Assembly: GCF_006345805.1 (NCBI RefSeq)
Contig: NC_042998.1
Span: 107,384,001-107,448,000, forward strand
Direction of reading: 5' to 3'
DNA: 64,000 nt
Origin: Octopus sinensis
Lineage: Eukaryota
Shown here piece after piece: positions 1 to 10,604 of the stretch. A program made the position numbers and the translations under genes. The notes under the pieces were generated by a model. The model was not told the DNA's origin and made no database searches. It saw only the letters and a list, made by a program, of their open reading frames with translations. Positions within the stretch are counted from its first letter, which is position 1; each line of letters starts with the position of its first letter.

Positions 1-215
1 AATCTTTATCTATTACTCAGACGAAAAATAAATCTAAAAATTATATTTTCAAACCCTTTTCCGTTAGACTCAAAAAAATAATTCCTAAATGTCTCGTCCT
101 CTCCCACACCCTTGGGAAAAAAATTTCCCCCAAATTTCATTATAATCGGTTCGTTGGCGCAAATTTCACTATAATCGATTGTTCTCATATTCGTTTAATA
201 CACATTTTACTCTTT

Positions 216-1241
216 TTAATCAATTATATATTTTCCATTTCGATCGATGACCTTTTGCCATCTTTCTGGCAACTTCATGATTCCGCACTCATAGAACTTC
301 TGGTCCTTATCAGCCAAAAACTCAAGCAAGTGCGATTTCAGGTCATCATCATTATTGAAAATATTATCATTCAAAGAATTTTGCAGACTTCGAAATAAAT
401 GATAATCTGATGGTGCCAGGTCAGGGCTATATGGTGGATGTGACATCACTTCCCAACCAAGCTCTAATAATTTTTCACGAGTTGGCAAAGACATGTGTAG
501 TCTAGCATTGCCATGGTGGAATATGATTCCTTTACCATTTGCCAATTCTGGCCGTTTTTCTTCGATTGCTTTCTCCAGTTTCACTAGTTGTTGACAGTAA
601 ACATCTGAATTAATTGTTTGGTTCCTTGGAAGCAGTTCAAAATACACAACACCTTTGTAATCCCACCAAATTGACAGCATGACCTTTTTTTGATTCATTT
701 CAGCTTTCGATGTGGTTTGTGTTGGTTTATGCTTGGACCATGATCGTTTTGAATTGATGTTATTGTAGACAATCGATTTTACATTACCAGTTATGATTCG
801 TTTTAAAAAAAGGTCGATTTCATTGCGTTTGAGATGCATATCACAAATATTGATTCGTTGTGTTAAGTGAATCTCTTTCAATTCATGAGGAACCCAAATT
901 TCGAGTTTCTTAACGAATCCAAGACATTTTAAGTGATTTTCAATTGTTGTATGTGATACATTCAATCTATCTGCAATCTCTCGCACAGTTATATGACAAT
1001 CAGATTCAATTATAGCTTTGATTCGGTCATCATCAACTTCAGTAGGTCGACCAGAACGCTGGTCATCTTTGAGTGAAAAATCTCCAGAACGGAATTTTTT
1101 AAACCATTTCTGACATGTGCGTTCTGTTAAGCAATCAACACCATAAACTTCACATATCTTTTTGTGAGCCTCAGCTGCTTTCACCCCTTTACGGAAATAA
1201 AAAAGCAAAATATGGCGAAAATGTTCGTTTTTGCGTTCCAT
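216..1241 (-). CDS. Mariner (Tc1/mariner, mellifera-subfamily-like) transposase, 341 aa, uninterrupted ORF with two of three catalytic Asp substituted
   Basis: N-terminal HTH region, WVPHEL and YSPDLAPSDY motifs present with D34D spacing. First catalytic motif reads ITGNVKS (consensus ITGDEKW) and second reads HHGNARLH (consensus HHDNARPH). Confidence 0.95.
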   Translation of the reverse strand: MERKNEHFRHILLFYFRKGVKAAEAHKKICEVYGVDCLTERTCQKWFKKFRSGDFSLKDDQRSGRPTEVDDDRIKAIIESDCHITVREIADRLNVSHTTIENHLKCLGFVKKLEIWVPHELKEIHLTQRINICDMHLKRNEIDLFLKRIITGNVKSIVYNNINSKRSWSKHKPTQTTSKAEMNQKKVMLSIWWDYKGVVYFELLPRNQTINSDVYCQQLVKLEKAIEEKRPELANGKGIIFHHGNARLHMSLPTREKLLELGWEVMSHPPYSPDLAPSDYHLFRSLQNSLNDNIFNNDDDLKSHLLEFLADKDQKFYECGIMKLPERWQKVIDRNGKYIID

Positions 1242-1407
1242 GTTGAACAGTTGTAAACAAAATTACGCGCAATTTGCTTCTAAAGCAAGTAACGGCTATC
1301 AAATGTCAAAAGGGAAAATCATAACGAAATCAAAGTCATTGAAAAAATATCCTAATTCTATGATGATAATTTGCGAAAAACGAAACTACCTTCTTGCCAA
1401 CCCAATA
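216..1407 (-). mobile_element. Mariner element with 5' TIR retained and 3' TIR not found
   Basis: Minus strand begins TA-TTGGGTTGGCAAGAAGGTAGTTTCG (plus 1378-1407), the typical mellifera-type terminus. No matching TIR between 1 and 215 after the stop codon. Confidence 0.85.
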
Positions 1408-1430
1408 GTTTTTTTTTTATTTACATTCAC

Positions 1431-1476
1431 CTTTTCTGTATACTCGGTCGTCACCAACCGCTGATATTGTCAATAT
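1431..1476 (-). other. Candidate 46-nt internal exon (ILTISAVGDDRVYRK in phase 0)
   Basis: Acceptor TTTTATTTTCCAG (AG at 1478-1477) and donor AAG|GTGAAT (GT at 1430-1429). Only one frame is open. No homology recognised. Confidence 0.35.
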
Positions 1477-2047
1477 CTGGAAAATAAAAGAATATTCGTT
1501 TAAGTATAACAGTTTGATGCTTTTATTTACACGACGTACGGGTATAAGAACGACTGTGGCATAGGTTTATACAATACACCAAATACATGGCATACACTAG
1601 TGTATAAACACTTTGCCTAATATAATTTAGCAATTAATATACACAGTCATTCAACATATGAAGACTGTTCTAGCAAAATTGCCGCGTAGGGTAAATTAAA
1701 ACTAAATAAGTTTTTCATAACAAGCAGTTTTAATATCAAGCACGTGAAAAGACTAGCAATCCTTGGGAGATGATAGCCATGTATCAGCATTTGAAAATGT
1801 ATCTAAGTGTTCGACAATTTCCGGAAATTTAATTTTTTTCATGTGCCGATGCCGCCAGAGGATTCATTAGTTGGATACAGCTCCGTTGTATCGGGTGAAT
1901 TGTGTGTGTAACTTTCAAGAAACGCAAGACAATTTTTGGATATATCTACCTCCGTTGTACAACACAGAAGAACGAACTTTAGTTAACACACACATTATAT
2001 ATAAATATATGTGTGTGCTAGAAGTATTGGGGGTGATGTACAGATTT

Positions 2048-2265
2048 ATGAAAGAAAATAGGTGTTCAGAATGCTGGATGGTTGTAAAAATATTTACGTT
2101 ATTTCTTCATATTAGCGCTTTCAACTACTCCTGTAGTTTCATCAGAAATGTCCTTATTTCTGATGAAACTACAGTGGTTGAAAGCGCTGATATGAAGAAA
2201 TAATGTAATATGTAAATAAATATTTTTACAACCATCCAGCATTTTGAACACCTTTTCTCATTCAT
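2048..2265. repeat. Fold-back (palindromic) MITE-like element of about 215 bp
   Basis: Arms such as GGTGTTCAGAATGCTGGATGGTTGTAAAAATATTTA...TGTAGTTTCATCAGAAAT and ATTTCTGATGAAACTACAG...TAAATATTTTTACAACCATCCAGCATTTTGAACACC flank a 6-nt loop (GTCCTT, about 2150-2155). Confidence 0.85.
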
Positions 2266-2559
2266 ATATATATATATACATATATGTGAAAGAAGGTTTG
2301 AAAATGATACATGTACAAAGCGAATCATGATAAAAATTCATGTGTACATAAACACATACAAAAAAATTCACACACAAAATGATTCGTAAAAATATAAAAG
2401 ATGTGTAAGTGTGCGTGTGAATTTGTTCAGCTATCTCGTAAACCAATTTCGCCAGAAATTGTCGAATAGATTTTTCAGTTGACATCAAGTAGATGAATAC
2501 CGAAAGATGGCCAAAACGATGAAATTTCGCACCTCTCCAAAAATGCCCCTTTTTAAAGA

Positions 2560-3580
2560 AAATTTTTTCGGATTCATATGTCGGAGAAAACGAATATGCA
2601 AAAAAAAATTGGGATTTTTTATTCCCCCACCACTGCACCCTTTTAAATTTTTGATTTTTGTTTAAAGAAATCGCGAGCCAATTTATTCGTTTCTAGTACA
2701 ATTTACGTCACTTATAAAGCACGTGCTTTTTGATTGTTTCTGAAAAAAGATTGCTTTCCATGAAAAAAATTAATAACTTACGTGGGGGAACAGGGCACTT
2801 ATCTTTTGAAGTCGGTGTAACAGACAGAACAATTGAGGTGTTGATGGGGCGTGCGAGACAATGTATAAGTTTTGTTAGTGTGATGAGACGGACGTAACAT
2901 GGAAATAAACTTGGAAAAATTGTTTTGATTTGTATACTAAATCCGAAATATGGTCTTTTTAGTTTTCATATTCGTTTTCCGCATTTTTTTTTACCACCCA
3001 TTGTTTTCCTAGGGGGCTTGATGGGGGGGGGTCGAAAAGTAGTTTTTGCAGTTTAAAAAGTTTCACATGAATTACTTTGTCATATTACTGCGAGAAACTA
3101 CTTTGAACGAAATCTTGAGAACGGTGAGTAAATTGTTATCGCAGTTCACTGGAATTTGGCTGCTATTTCTAGCATGTGGATGGCCGGCCTGAGGGTTTTT
3201 TGAAAAATTTAAATTTTACAAACCAATCTTTTCATAATCATTATTTTTCTACGTCTTTCGCAAGAATAAAAAATCGGATCTTTCATAACCAAAAATATTG
3301 AATTCTGTAAGTTAATACGGAAAAATCATTCGTTCTCCAAACACCCTCTATGGGTTTTTAATTCTTGTTCCCGGATGAAGGTCTTTATATTGACAATTTA
3401 AACGAGCGGGGGTGAAATAAAAAGAATTTTTCCTCCGACATTTAGTTAAAATTTAAGAAATGGGGTTTAGATTTTCTGATGCAGGCTTTTTGTAGATTCT
3501 TAAACTCGGCTCTAGATAAAGTGTGTTCCTGTAAAAAGGAAAATAGTAAAGGGGGTGCGGTCCATGATCTTTACCACCGC
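2560..3580. mobile_element. Partial copy related to the 10605-11679 TIR element family
   Basis: Shares GTGTGTTCCTGTAAA (3521) and the terminus GCGGTCCATGATCTTTACCACCG (about 3557-3579). Internal inverted repeat CGGAGAAAACGAATATG / CATATTCGTTTTCCG. Left end not found. Confidence 0.5.
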
Positions 3581-3649
3581 TATATATACTTTACATATAT
3601 ATATATATATTATGTGTGTAAAGTAAATAAGTACACCCGATATTCAGGT

Positions 3650-4700
3650 TTATAGATACTTTGGGCTCGCCAGTCTCCTTAATGCAATTCATATACTAAG
3701 TGTTTCCGTAGTTTTCCACGAAATTCTGAAATGGAATCGGTCAGAGACAGTAGCCCATGTGCTACACATGGGCCACGTGGTCGCACAACGAACTTAACAC
3801 CGAACGATCTATAATATATGCTCGTGGCGGAATGGGTACTAATGGAAAATAATTTGAAAACCACCAAATCATCCCCTCAAAAGCAGATTCCGTTTTTCGT
3901 TCACTGTAAATGACGCTTCGATATCTTGCAACAAATGATTTCGGACATCTAAATTCTCAGAACGCAAAATAGCAAAGCGGAAAAGGTAACGTTCCATGTA
4001 TAACTTAGACGAGTGAGGCGCTAAAAATGTGCGAAAGCAAATTGTTTAGTACTGCACTAATAAATTTTACAAGTTTTTACAAAATTATTAAAATTAAATC
4101 AAACAATTGTAGTTGGTAATGACTTAGAATCTTGTAACAATAAAGTAATATAATCATTAAAATATTCATAGCTCTTGCTGCAGATATTAATTCTATCTAC
4201 TATTTTAAATGGCAATATTTCAATATTCGTTTACAAGATAAATTGCTAACATGAATGAATGTGTGCGACAAAACAGGAGTAATACTCACGCGATGTTGAC
4301 TTGACGACGGACACGAGTGAAAAGGATGATTGAATGAGACACCGGAAGTTCATAGGTAAGCACAAACCAATGTAATTAAGATAAAAACAGTATTTGTTAA
4401 AATGAATAGATAAGCAACTATTGTAATTAAATAAATATTTCTAAATATTAAAAATACTTATTTGTGCGTAATAAAGTAAAATATTTTCATTTGAGAAAAT
4501 ATATCCAAGTTAAACTATTTTGCGTGAACCTAGTCCGCGTTACTGAAGTCACTTCCGGAATAATGTTAGTTTCCCCCCCCCCTCCTCACAGAAATATTTA
4601 AATAAACTCTTTTCGGTAGTAGTTTAATTTTCAGTTTTTACTCGAATAAATCCGTTTTTATTTTTTAAATTCTTTTCAGCTTTGCAGCCACTTAGAGTAT
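3650..4700. promoter_or_regulatory. CpG-rich, probably bidirectional promoter / first-exon region of an unidentified gene
   Basis: CpG-rich unique sequence. ETS-type CCGGAAGT at 4342-4349 and ACTTCCGG near 4551. Plus-strand donors AAG|GTAACG (3985) and TAG|GTAAGC (4355), plus-strand acceptor TTTTCAG (4679), and minus-strand donor C|GTGAGT (4290). Confidence 0.5.
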
Positions 4701-6049
4701 ATGCGAGTACAGAAGAAACTAACTTTTAAGTAAAATAATTTAAGAGTACGAAATATTAAAGATTCAAGTCTTAAAAGTGAAAAGTATTTAACTTGTTTAA
4801 TATGATTTCAAAAGAAATAAAACCATGTAGATACAGTAAAATAGTGGACAGTATTGTGCAGTTTAGATACTCTGGAAGCATCTAATACGATATGTCAGTG
4901 AAGTAATCAAAATTGCTGGCCTCATGTTTTATCAGAAGCCATTATTTAAATAAAATGCATCAAATATTTCATGATTCCCTTATTTCGTGTGAACAAAGCT
5001 TGGTTATTAAGTAACCAAGTGCATCGAATGTAAAAAAATTTACAGCAAATACACGATATGTTATTATTTTACCACAAAATAATAGTTTTCATTGTTTCAT
5101 CGCATAGACGGCTGTGTTTCGCTGAGACATTTACCAGAAAACTCGGCAATAAAACAAGTGGAAGAATTGTTTTCTTTAGAACTATATAAAAGTACTAAAA
5201 ACTTTGTGACAAAATGGTGATAGTGAGATAATTTTTAAATGCTTTGAGTTATTTTATTATAACTTGTTTAATAATAAACTAGAATATAAGGATTAGGCAT
5301 CATAATAGTGTTGAAAGGATTTAACAAATTGTGCAATTGTTACTAAGTAAATTCCCTGGAACAAAAAGGAATATGATTGCCTGAGGTACTATACATGGTT
5401 CAAAATTTTCTTCTACATTACTCCATGTCTTTTGAATTACATTTGTGTGAACAGATTTCTTGTGTTTAGAAAATAGTCTTGTGATTTGGTCACCACACCA
5501 ACAATCAGTTACAATACATGTAGCTGGTAACACTTGATCAGTCATGAGTGGCAATAAAGTAATGCAGATATTGATCAGGGATAGGCACAAGGATACACTT
5601 AAGGGTCATGCATTCCACCATACAGAGAATTCTCGATCATAACTACACTGGGATTTACAGTTCATGAACTTCGACTCATCTGTTTCTACGATTATGTATC
5701 TGTACAGGGTGATCAATACACTAAATAGCACATACATTTCAAAAAGGTTATACCAGAACTATTGTTTCTCTACTGACACTAAAATGCTTCATAGCAACAT
5801 ATTGTTTACTGTCAAGTGCTAAACCAGGACATATATTCTACTACAGATGACACTATGGGACATGGGACTCAAAGAAGAAAGAATCATGTCTAATACTTTG
5901 ATACTGTCTGCATATATAATGCCTCCAGGTTTTTCCATCAGAACATGTGTGGCTATTCACAAACACATGAGTTCATTAGAGTGTACTACTGAATCATGAA
6001 TAATACAAAGAACTTTTGTCCTCCTACACAGATATTGGCAGCGCTACAC

Positions 6050-7130
6050 TTCATTATCCTAACAGTTCACAATTGCGCCAGCTTGTTCAAGTCTTTTTAG
6101 GACTTAAGATTCATCAGCCAAATCTAAGTCAATAATCCTAGTTTCACCAATGAGTGCACCACAACATGATCAAGCCACCATTCAGCCAAGTATCCAATCC
6201 ATGCAGGCATTGGAGAGAATGGCAGCCCAGACACAACCCTGACAAACCCCCTGATGCAATTGGAAAAAAGTCAGAGGTTGAGCCTCCAACCTGAACTACA
6301 CAGACTATTTTGGTGTACAAGACTATCATTAGCCCAATCACTTGAAGAGGTATACCACCAGCTCCAGAATCCTCCAAGGCACATACCTGTCTGCCGAGTC
6401 AAACGCCTTGCAGAGGTTGGCACAGGCTGCAAGCATCCCTAACCAAAAGCTCTGCTTGTGTTCACTGAGTACATGAACAGCTAGGATATTGTCAGTGCTT
6501 TACCACTTCAGCCTGAATCCTAACTGCTCCCACTGTTGAGACGTAAGCAGATGATTTCGCACTCAATTAAGGATTGACACTCGTAAAAACCTTACTGGGC
6601 ACTGAGATAAGTGTAACAGCATTATAATTGTTGCAGTCGTGATGGTCACATTTACTTTTCCAGTGTGGGATAATTATGCCCCTCTTCCAGTCAAGTGGTA
6701 TGATGCTGGATTGAGCAGATGATCTGCTGCAAGAACAAGACTACAGAAGTCCTGCTTTTCTTGATCATCTACCAATGGATGCTACAGACACCAGCTGATT
6801 TACCACTGTACGAATCTTGTCATCAGACAGCAGATCACAGCTGACTGGTTAGTCATCATGGTATTCAGATCAGTACTGGGTCTACCTTGACACTTCCATC
6901 AGAAGTGCACCATGAGAATTTAAGACTCCAGAACACCAAGGGGAAGTTTTCACCTTACTGAGTATGGCAATTCTCTGTACCTGAGACGAATGTGTGAAAC
7001 TGACTTTTGACCTTGCAAATTTCTTGGATTCACTGTGTTTGTCAAATCTCAGCCTCCAAAGCAAATCACTAGGGGCTCTACCCAGTCTTGCCCTGTAACC
7101 ACACCCCACCAATGCAAGTGTCTCTCTGGA
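6050..7130 (-). mobile_element. Decayed RTE-clade LINE reverse transcriptase remnant
   Basis: Minus-strand frames give IPLDWKRGIIIPHWKSKCDHHDCNNYNAVTLISVPSKVF, GIPLQVIGLMIVLYTKIVCVVQVGGSTSDFFPIASG and DLDLADE (YADD equivalent), with stops and frameshifts. Confidence 0.8.
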
Positions 7131-7159
7131 GAGGAAAAATTAAACTACGTTAAACAAAC

Positions 7160-8101
7160 AAATTACAATTTTCTCAAGAAAGCCAAGAGAAAAAAATGTG
7201 GATCTTTTCCTTTTGAACGGCACTTTTCAACACAATTTCTAGTTAACTAAACACTTTTAAACTTTGTATACTGGTAGAATGTGTTTATAAAACATCATTT
7301 TTTTCTTGGCTTTATTGAGAAAATTCTATATGTTGTAACATATTTCGTCTTTAATTTTGAGCATTTTGGCAATTTTAACCAGTCGCTGACCTCCATTTAG
7401 GTAAATAACATTCTGTGCATAATGAATATGTCCCTCCTTTAAGAAACAGATTGGGTTTATTTACATTTGTGAAGAAAAAAGATACCCTTCCCCCACTCCT
7501 AACTAACCCTAAATCTAAAATAGATTGAAATGCAATAGATCGATACTAGGGCCATAATTATGGGTGACATTTTCAATTGACACCGCTAGAAAAAAATCCC
7601 ATATTCCGAAGCGGAGTCGTATGAAATTGTCACCCATAATTATAACCCTAGTATTGATCTATTGCATTTCAATCTATTTTAGATTTAGGGTTAGAGTTAG
7701 GGGTGGGGGAAGGGTATCTTTTTTCTTCACAAATGTAAATAAACCCAATCTGTTTCTTAAAGGAGGGACATATTCATTATGCACAGAATATTATTTACCT
7801 AAATGGAGGTCAGCGACTGGTTAAAATTGCCAAAATGCTCGAAATTAAAGACGAAATATGTTACAACATATAGAATTTTCTCAATAAAGCCAAGAGAAAA
7901 TGATGTTTTATAAACACATTCTACCAGTATACGAAGTTTAAAACTTTTTAGTTACCTAGAAATTATGTTACAAAGTGCCGTTCAAAAGGAAAAGATCCAA
8001 AAATGTTTTATTTTGACACATTCTACCAGTATACAAAGTTTAAAAGTGTTTAGTTAACTAGAAATTGTGTTGAAAAGTGCTGTTCAAAAGGAAAAGATCC
8101 C
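7160..8101. mobile_element. Older right-arm remnant of the same family, split by copy 1 (7160-7199 plus 8007-8101)
   Basis: Joining the flanks gives TTTTCTCAAGAAAGCCAAGAGAAAAAAATGT-TTTATTTTGACACATTCTACCAGTATAC...GGAAAAGATCC, which matches the arm sequence of copies 1 and 2. Confidence 0.7.
7200..7998. mobile_element. Merlin-like palindromic non-autonomous element, copy 1 (about 388-bp TIRs, about 21-nt spacer)
   Basis: Termini GGATCTTTTCCTTTTGAA...TTCAAAAGGAAAAGATCC with a perfect 8-bp TSD AAAAATGT (7192-7199 and 7999-8006). GG termini plus an 8-bp TSD match the Merlin superfamily; that assignment is inference. Confidence 0.85.
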
Positions 8102-8595
8102 ATATATGTATTAAAGAAAGCAAGAAATAAAACAAAAATGAGTGTTCAGTATGTTGACGACAAGAATTTGTCAACGAGACATTGTTAAACAAAGTTGTAT
8201 ATCATCTCCCTCTTATTATTACTCCCACTGCCACCATCAACATACTACTTTTAATAAAAATCAACTCTCCCTAAATTTCTTTTTCTCTCTGTTTGTCTTC
8301 GCCTCTATTACTCTCACTCCTGGAAGTGTCATTGAATAGTGAGAGAGGAGGTCAAAGTTCTCTCTTAGGTTTTCTTACATGCCACCGGCACTGGTAACAC
8401 ATCTGCAATTTCCATTGATCGATTTCGATTCTGATCCTCACTTGCCTCAACAGGTCTTCAGAAGTTACACACAAATTAGTTTTCGCATTTATTATATTAG
8501 ATATATACATATATTTCTTAGTTGTAGTGCACCTCACTGTTTTCATATTTCATATATATATATATAGAGAGAGAGAGACAATATTAAAATAAGGA

Positions 8596-9673
8596 GGTGC
8601 TACTTAAGAAGAATGGTCCTGGTGCGCGTACTCGTGCATCCACGCTAGCTAGTGGTGACTAGTCAATCCTACAACGACTACCTAGCAAAGTAAATAAAAC
8701 ACAAAATAAATCATTTTTGGATCTTTTCCTTTTGAATGGCACATGTCAACACAATTTCTAGTTAACTAAACACTTTTAAACTTCGTATACTGGTAGAATG
8801 TGTTTATAAAACATCATTTTTTCTTGGCTTTATTGAGAAAATTCTATAGTTTGTAAGATATTTCCACTTTAATTTCGAGCATTTCGGCAATTTTAACCAA
8901 TCGCTGGAGTCCATTTGGGGTGAAAACATTCCGTGCTATATGAATATGTCCCTCATTTAAGAAACAGATTGGGTTTATTTACATTTGCGAAGAAAAAAAG
9001 ATACCCTTCCCCCACCCCTAAAACAGATTGAAATGCAATAGATCGATACTAGGGTTATAATTATGGGTGACATTTTCATTTGACACCGCTAGAAAAAAAT
9101 CCCATATTCCGTAGCGGTGTCGTATGAAATTGTCACCTATATTTATAACCCTAGTATCTGTTTTAGGGTTAGGATTAGGGGTGGGGTGGGAAAGGGTATC
9201 TTTTTTCCTTCGCAAATGTAAATAAACCCAATCTGTTTCTTAAACGAGGGACATATTCATACAGCACGGAATGTTTTCACCCCAAATGGACTCCAGCGAT
9301 TGGTTAAAATTGCCGAAATGCTCGAAATTAAAGTGGAAATATCTTACAAACTATAGAATTTTCTCAATAAAGCCAAGAAAAAATGATGTTTTATAAACAC
9401 ATTCTACCAGTATACGGAGTTTAAAAGTGTTTAGTTAACTAGAAATTGTTTTGACATATGCCGTTCAAAAGGAAAAGATCCTAATTTTTTACACTAAATA
9501 AATAATTTTTTTTTAAACAAAGTAAATAAAACACAAAAACATAAAGTAAATAATTTTTTAAACAAAGTAAATAAAACAAAAACACAAAGTAAGGATCGAC
9601 TAGTCAGTCACGACTAGCTAGTGCGGATGCGCGAGTACGCGCACCGGGACCACTCTTCTTAAGTAGTATCATC
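8596..9673. mobile_element. Short Merlin-like MITE (family B), interrupted by a palindromic element
   Basis: TIRs GGTGCTACTTAAGAAGAATGGTCC / GGACCACTCTTCTTAAGTAGTATC. Flanking direct repeat AAATAAGGA at 8587-8595 and 9674-9682. Confidence 0.8.
8719..9481. mobile_element. Merlin-like palindromic element, copy 2, nested in the family-B MITE
   Basis: Same GGATCTTTTCC...GGAAAAGATCC termini as copy 1. Near-perfect TSD TCATTTTT (8711-8718) and TAATTTTT (9482-9489). Confidence 0.85.
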
Positions 9674-9714
9674 AAATAAGGACACACTCGCACACATGCA
9701 TATATTCATTTATT

Positions 9715-9947
9715 GGTACTACTTGAGAACAGTGGTCCCGGTGCGCGCACTCGCGCTAGCTAGTCATGACTAGTCGATCCTTACTTTGCGTTTTTGTGTG
9801 TCATTTACATTGTTTAAAAACTGATTTATTTTGTGTTCTATTTACTCTGCTAGGTAGTCGTTGTAGGATCGTCTAGTCACGACTAGCTAGCGCGGATGCG
9901 CGACTACGCCAGTGCACGCACCGAGACCACTGTTCTCAAGTAGTCCC
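9715..9947. mobile_element. Uninterrupted 233-bp family-B Merlin-like MITE, opposite orientation to 8596-9673
   Basis: TIR GG(T/G)ACTACTTGAGAACAGTGGTC with a perfect 8-bp TSD CATTTATT (9707-9714 and 9948-9955). Confidence 0.85.
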
Positions 9948-10604
9948 CATTTATTTATTCACTTCAGCTGTTTAAAGTATGTATTTCCAGTTTATCTCTC
10001 CACGTGGTACTCTTGTCTCTGAAATCTTCCTACACTCATTCATTTCTCTCCCCTTTAGCAGTTCGCATGGTAAGTTGAATATAATACATTTTGATCATTA
10101 ATTTCGTAATTTTTAAAAAGTGACAAAGTATATCCACCATTTAGTTTACATTTTACATTCCTATAGCGTAAAACAGTTGTATTTCCCCGTATCATGTTCA
10201 GTAAATTTTCGTTATTACGTTGTACTTTCAAAACTTAGCACTCAACAAAAATTTACGCGATGGCTTCAATCAACATGGCAGTCGGCCTTTTATTTCGAAC
10301 AAATGGTCAGCATTTTCAATATAAAAGAAAAAAGAAAATGTACTTCTTTAAATATTGGAAATTCCTTAATATGGTCAGAGTGATTAGTTCGATAGCATTC
10401 AAGACTGGAAATCTGAAGACCATAAACGAAACGATACCCATTTTAGCAAAGGAATTCAATTTATTCTTATTTCCTACAATTAAAAATATTTGGCTGTTTT
10501 CTTCTGGTAAACAGCCGAATGAATTAGCGACAACAAGCTTAAGATACAGAATAGTGGTTCAAACGAAATTCTAGTACATTCTTGTTTTTCTGAGATTGAT
10601 CATT

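Noticed and set aside
1242-1430. SETMAR-like fusion of the 46-nt candidate exon to the mariner ORF
   Set aside because: The two plausible acceptors in the mariner leader (TTTGATAG, GCTTTAG) give an out-of-frame join or a stop before the transposase ATG.
10260-10574. 104-aa ORF with a YY1-like CAACATGGC motif and a possible splice from 10305 to 12251
   Set aside because: Weak donor (GTCAGC), the joined peptide is only about 37 aa, and no homology was recognised. A promoter here remains possible but is unsupported.
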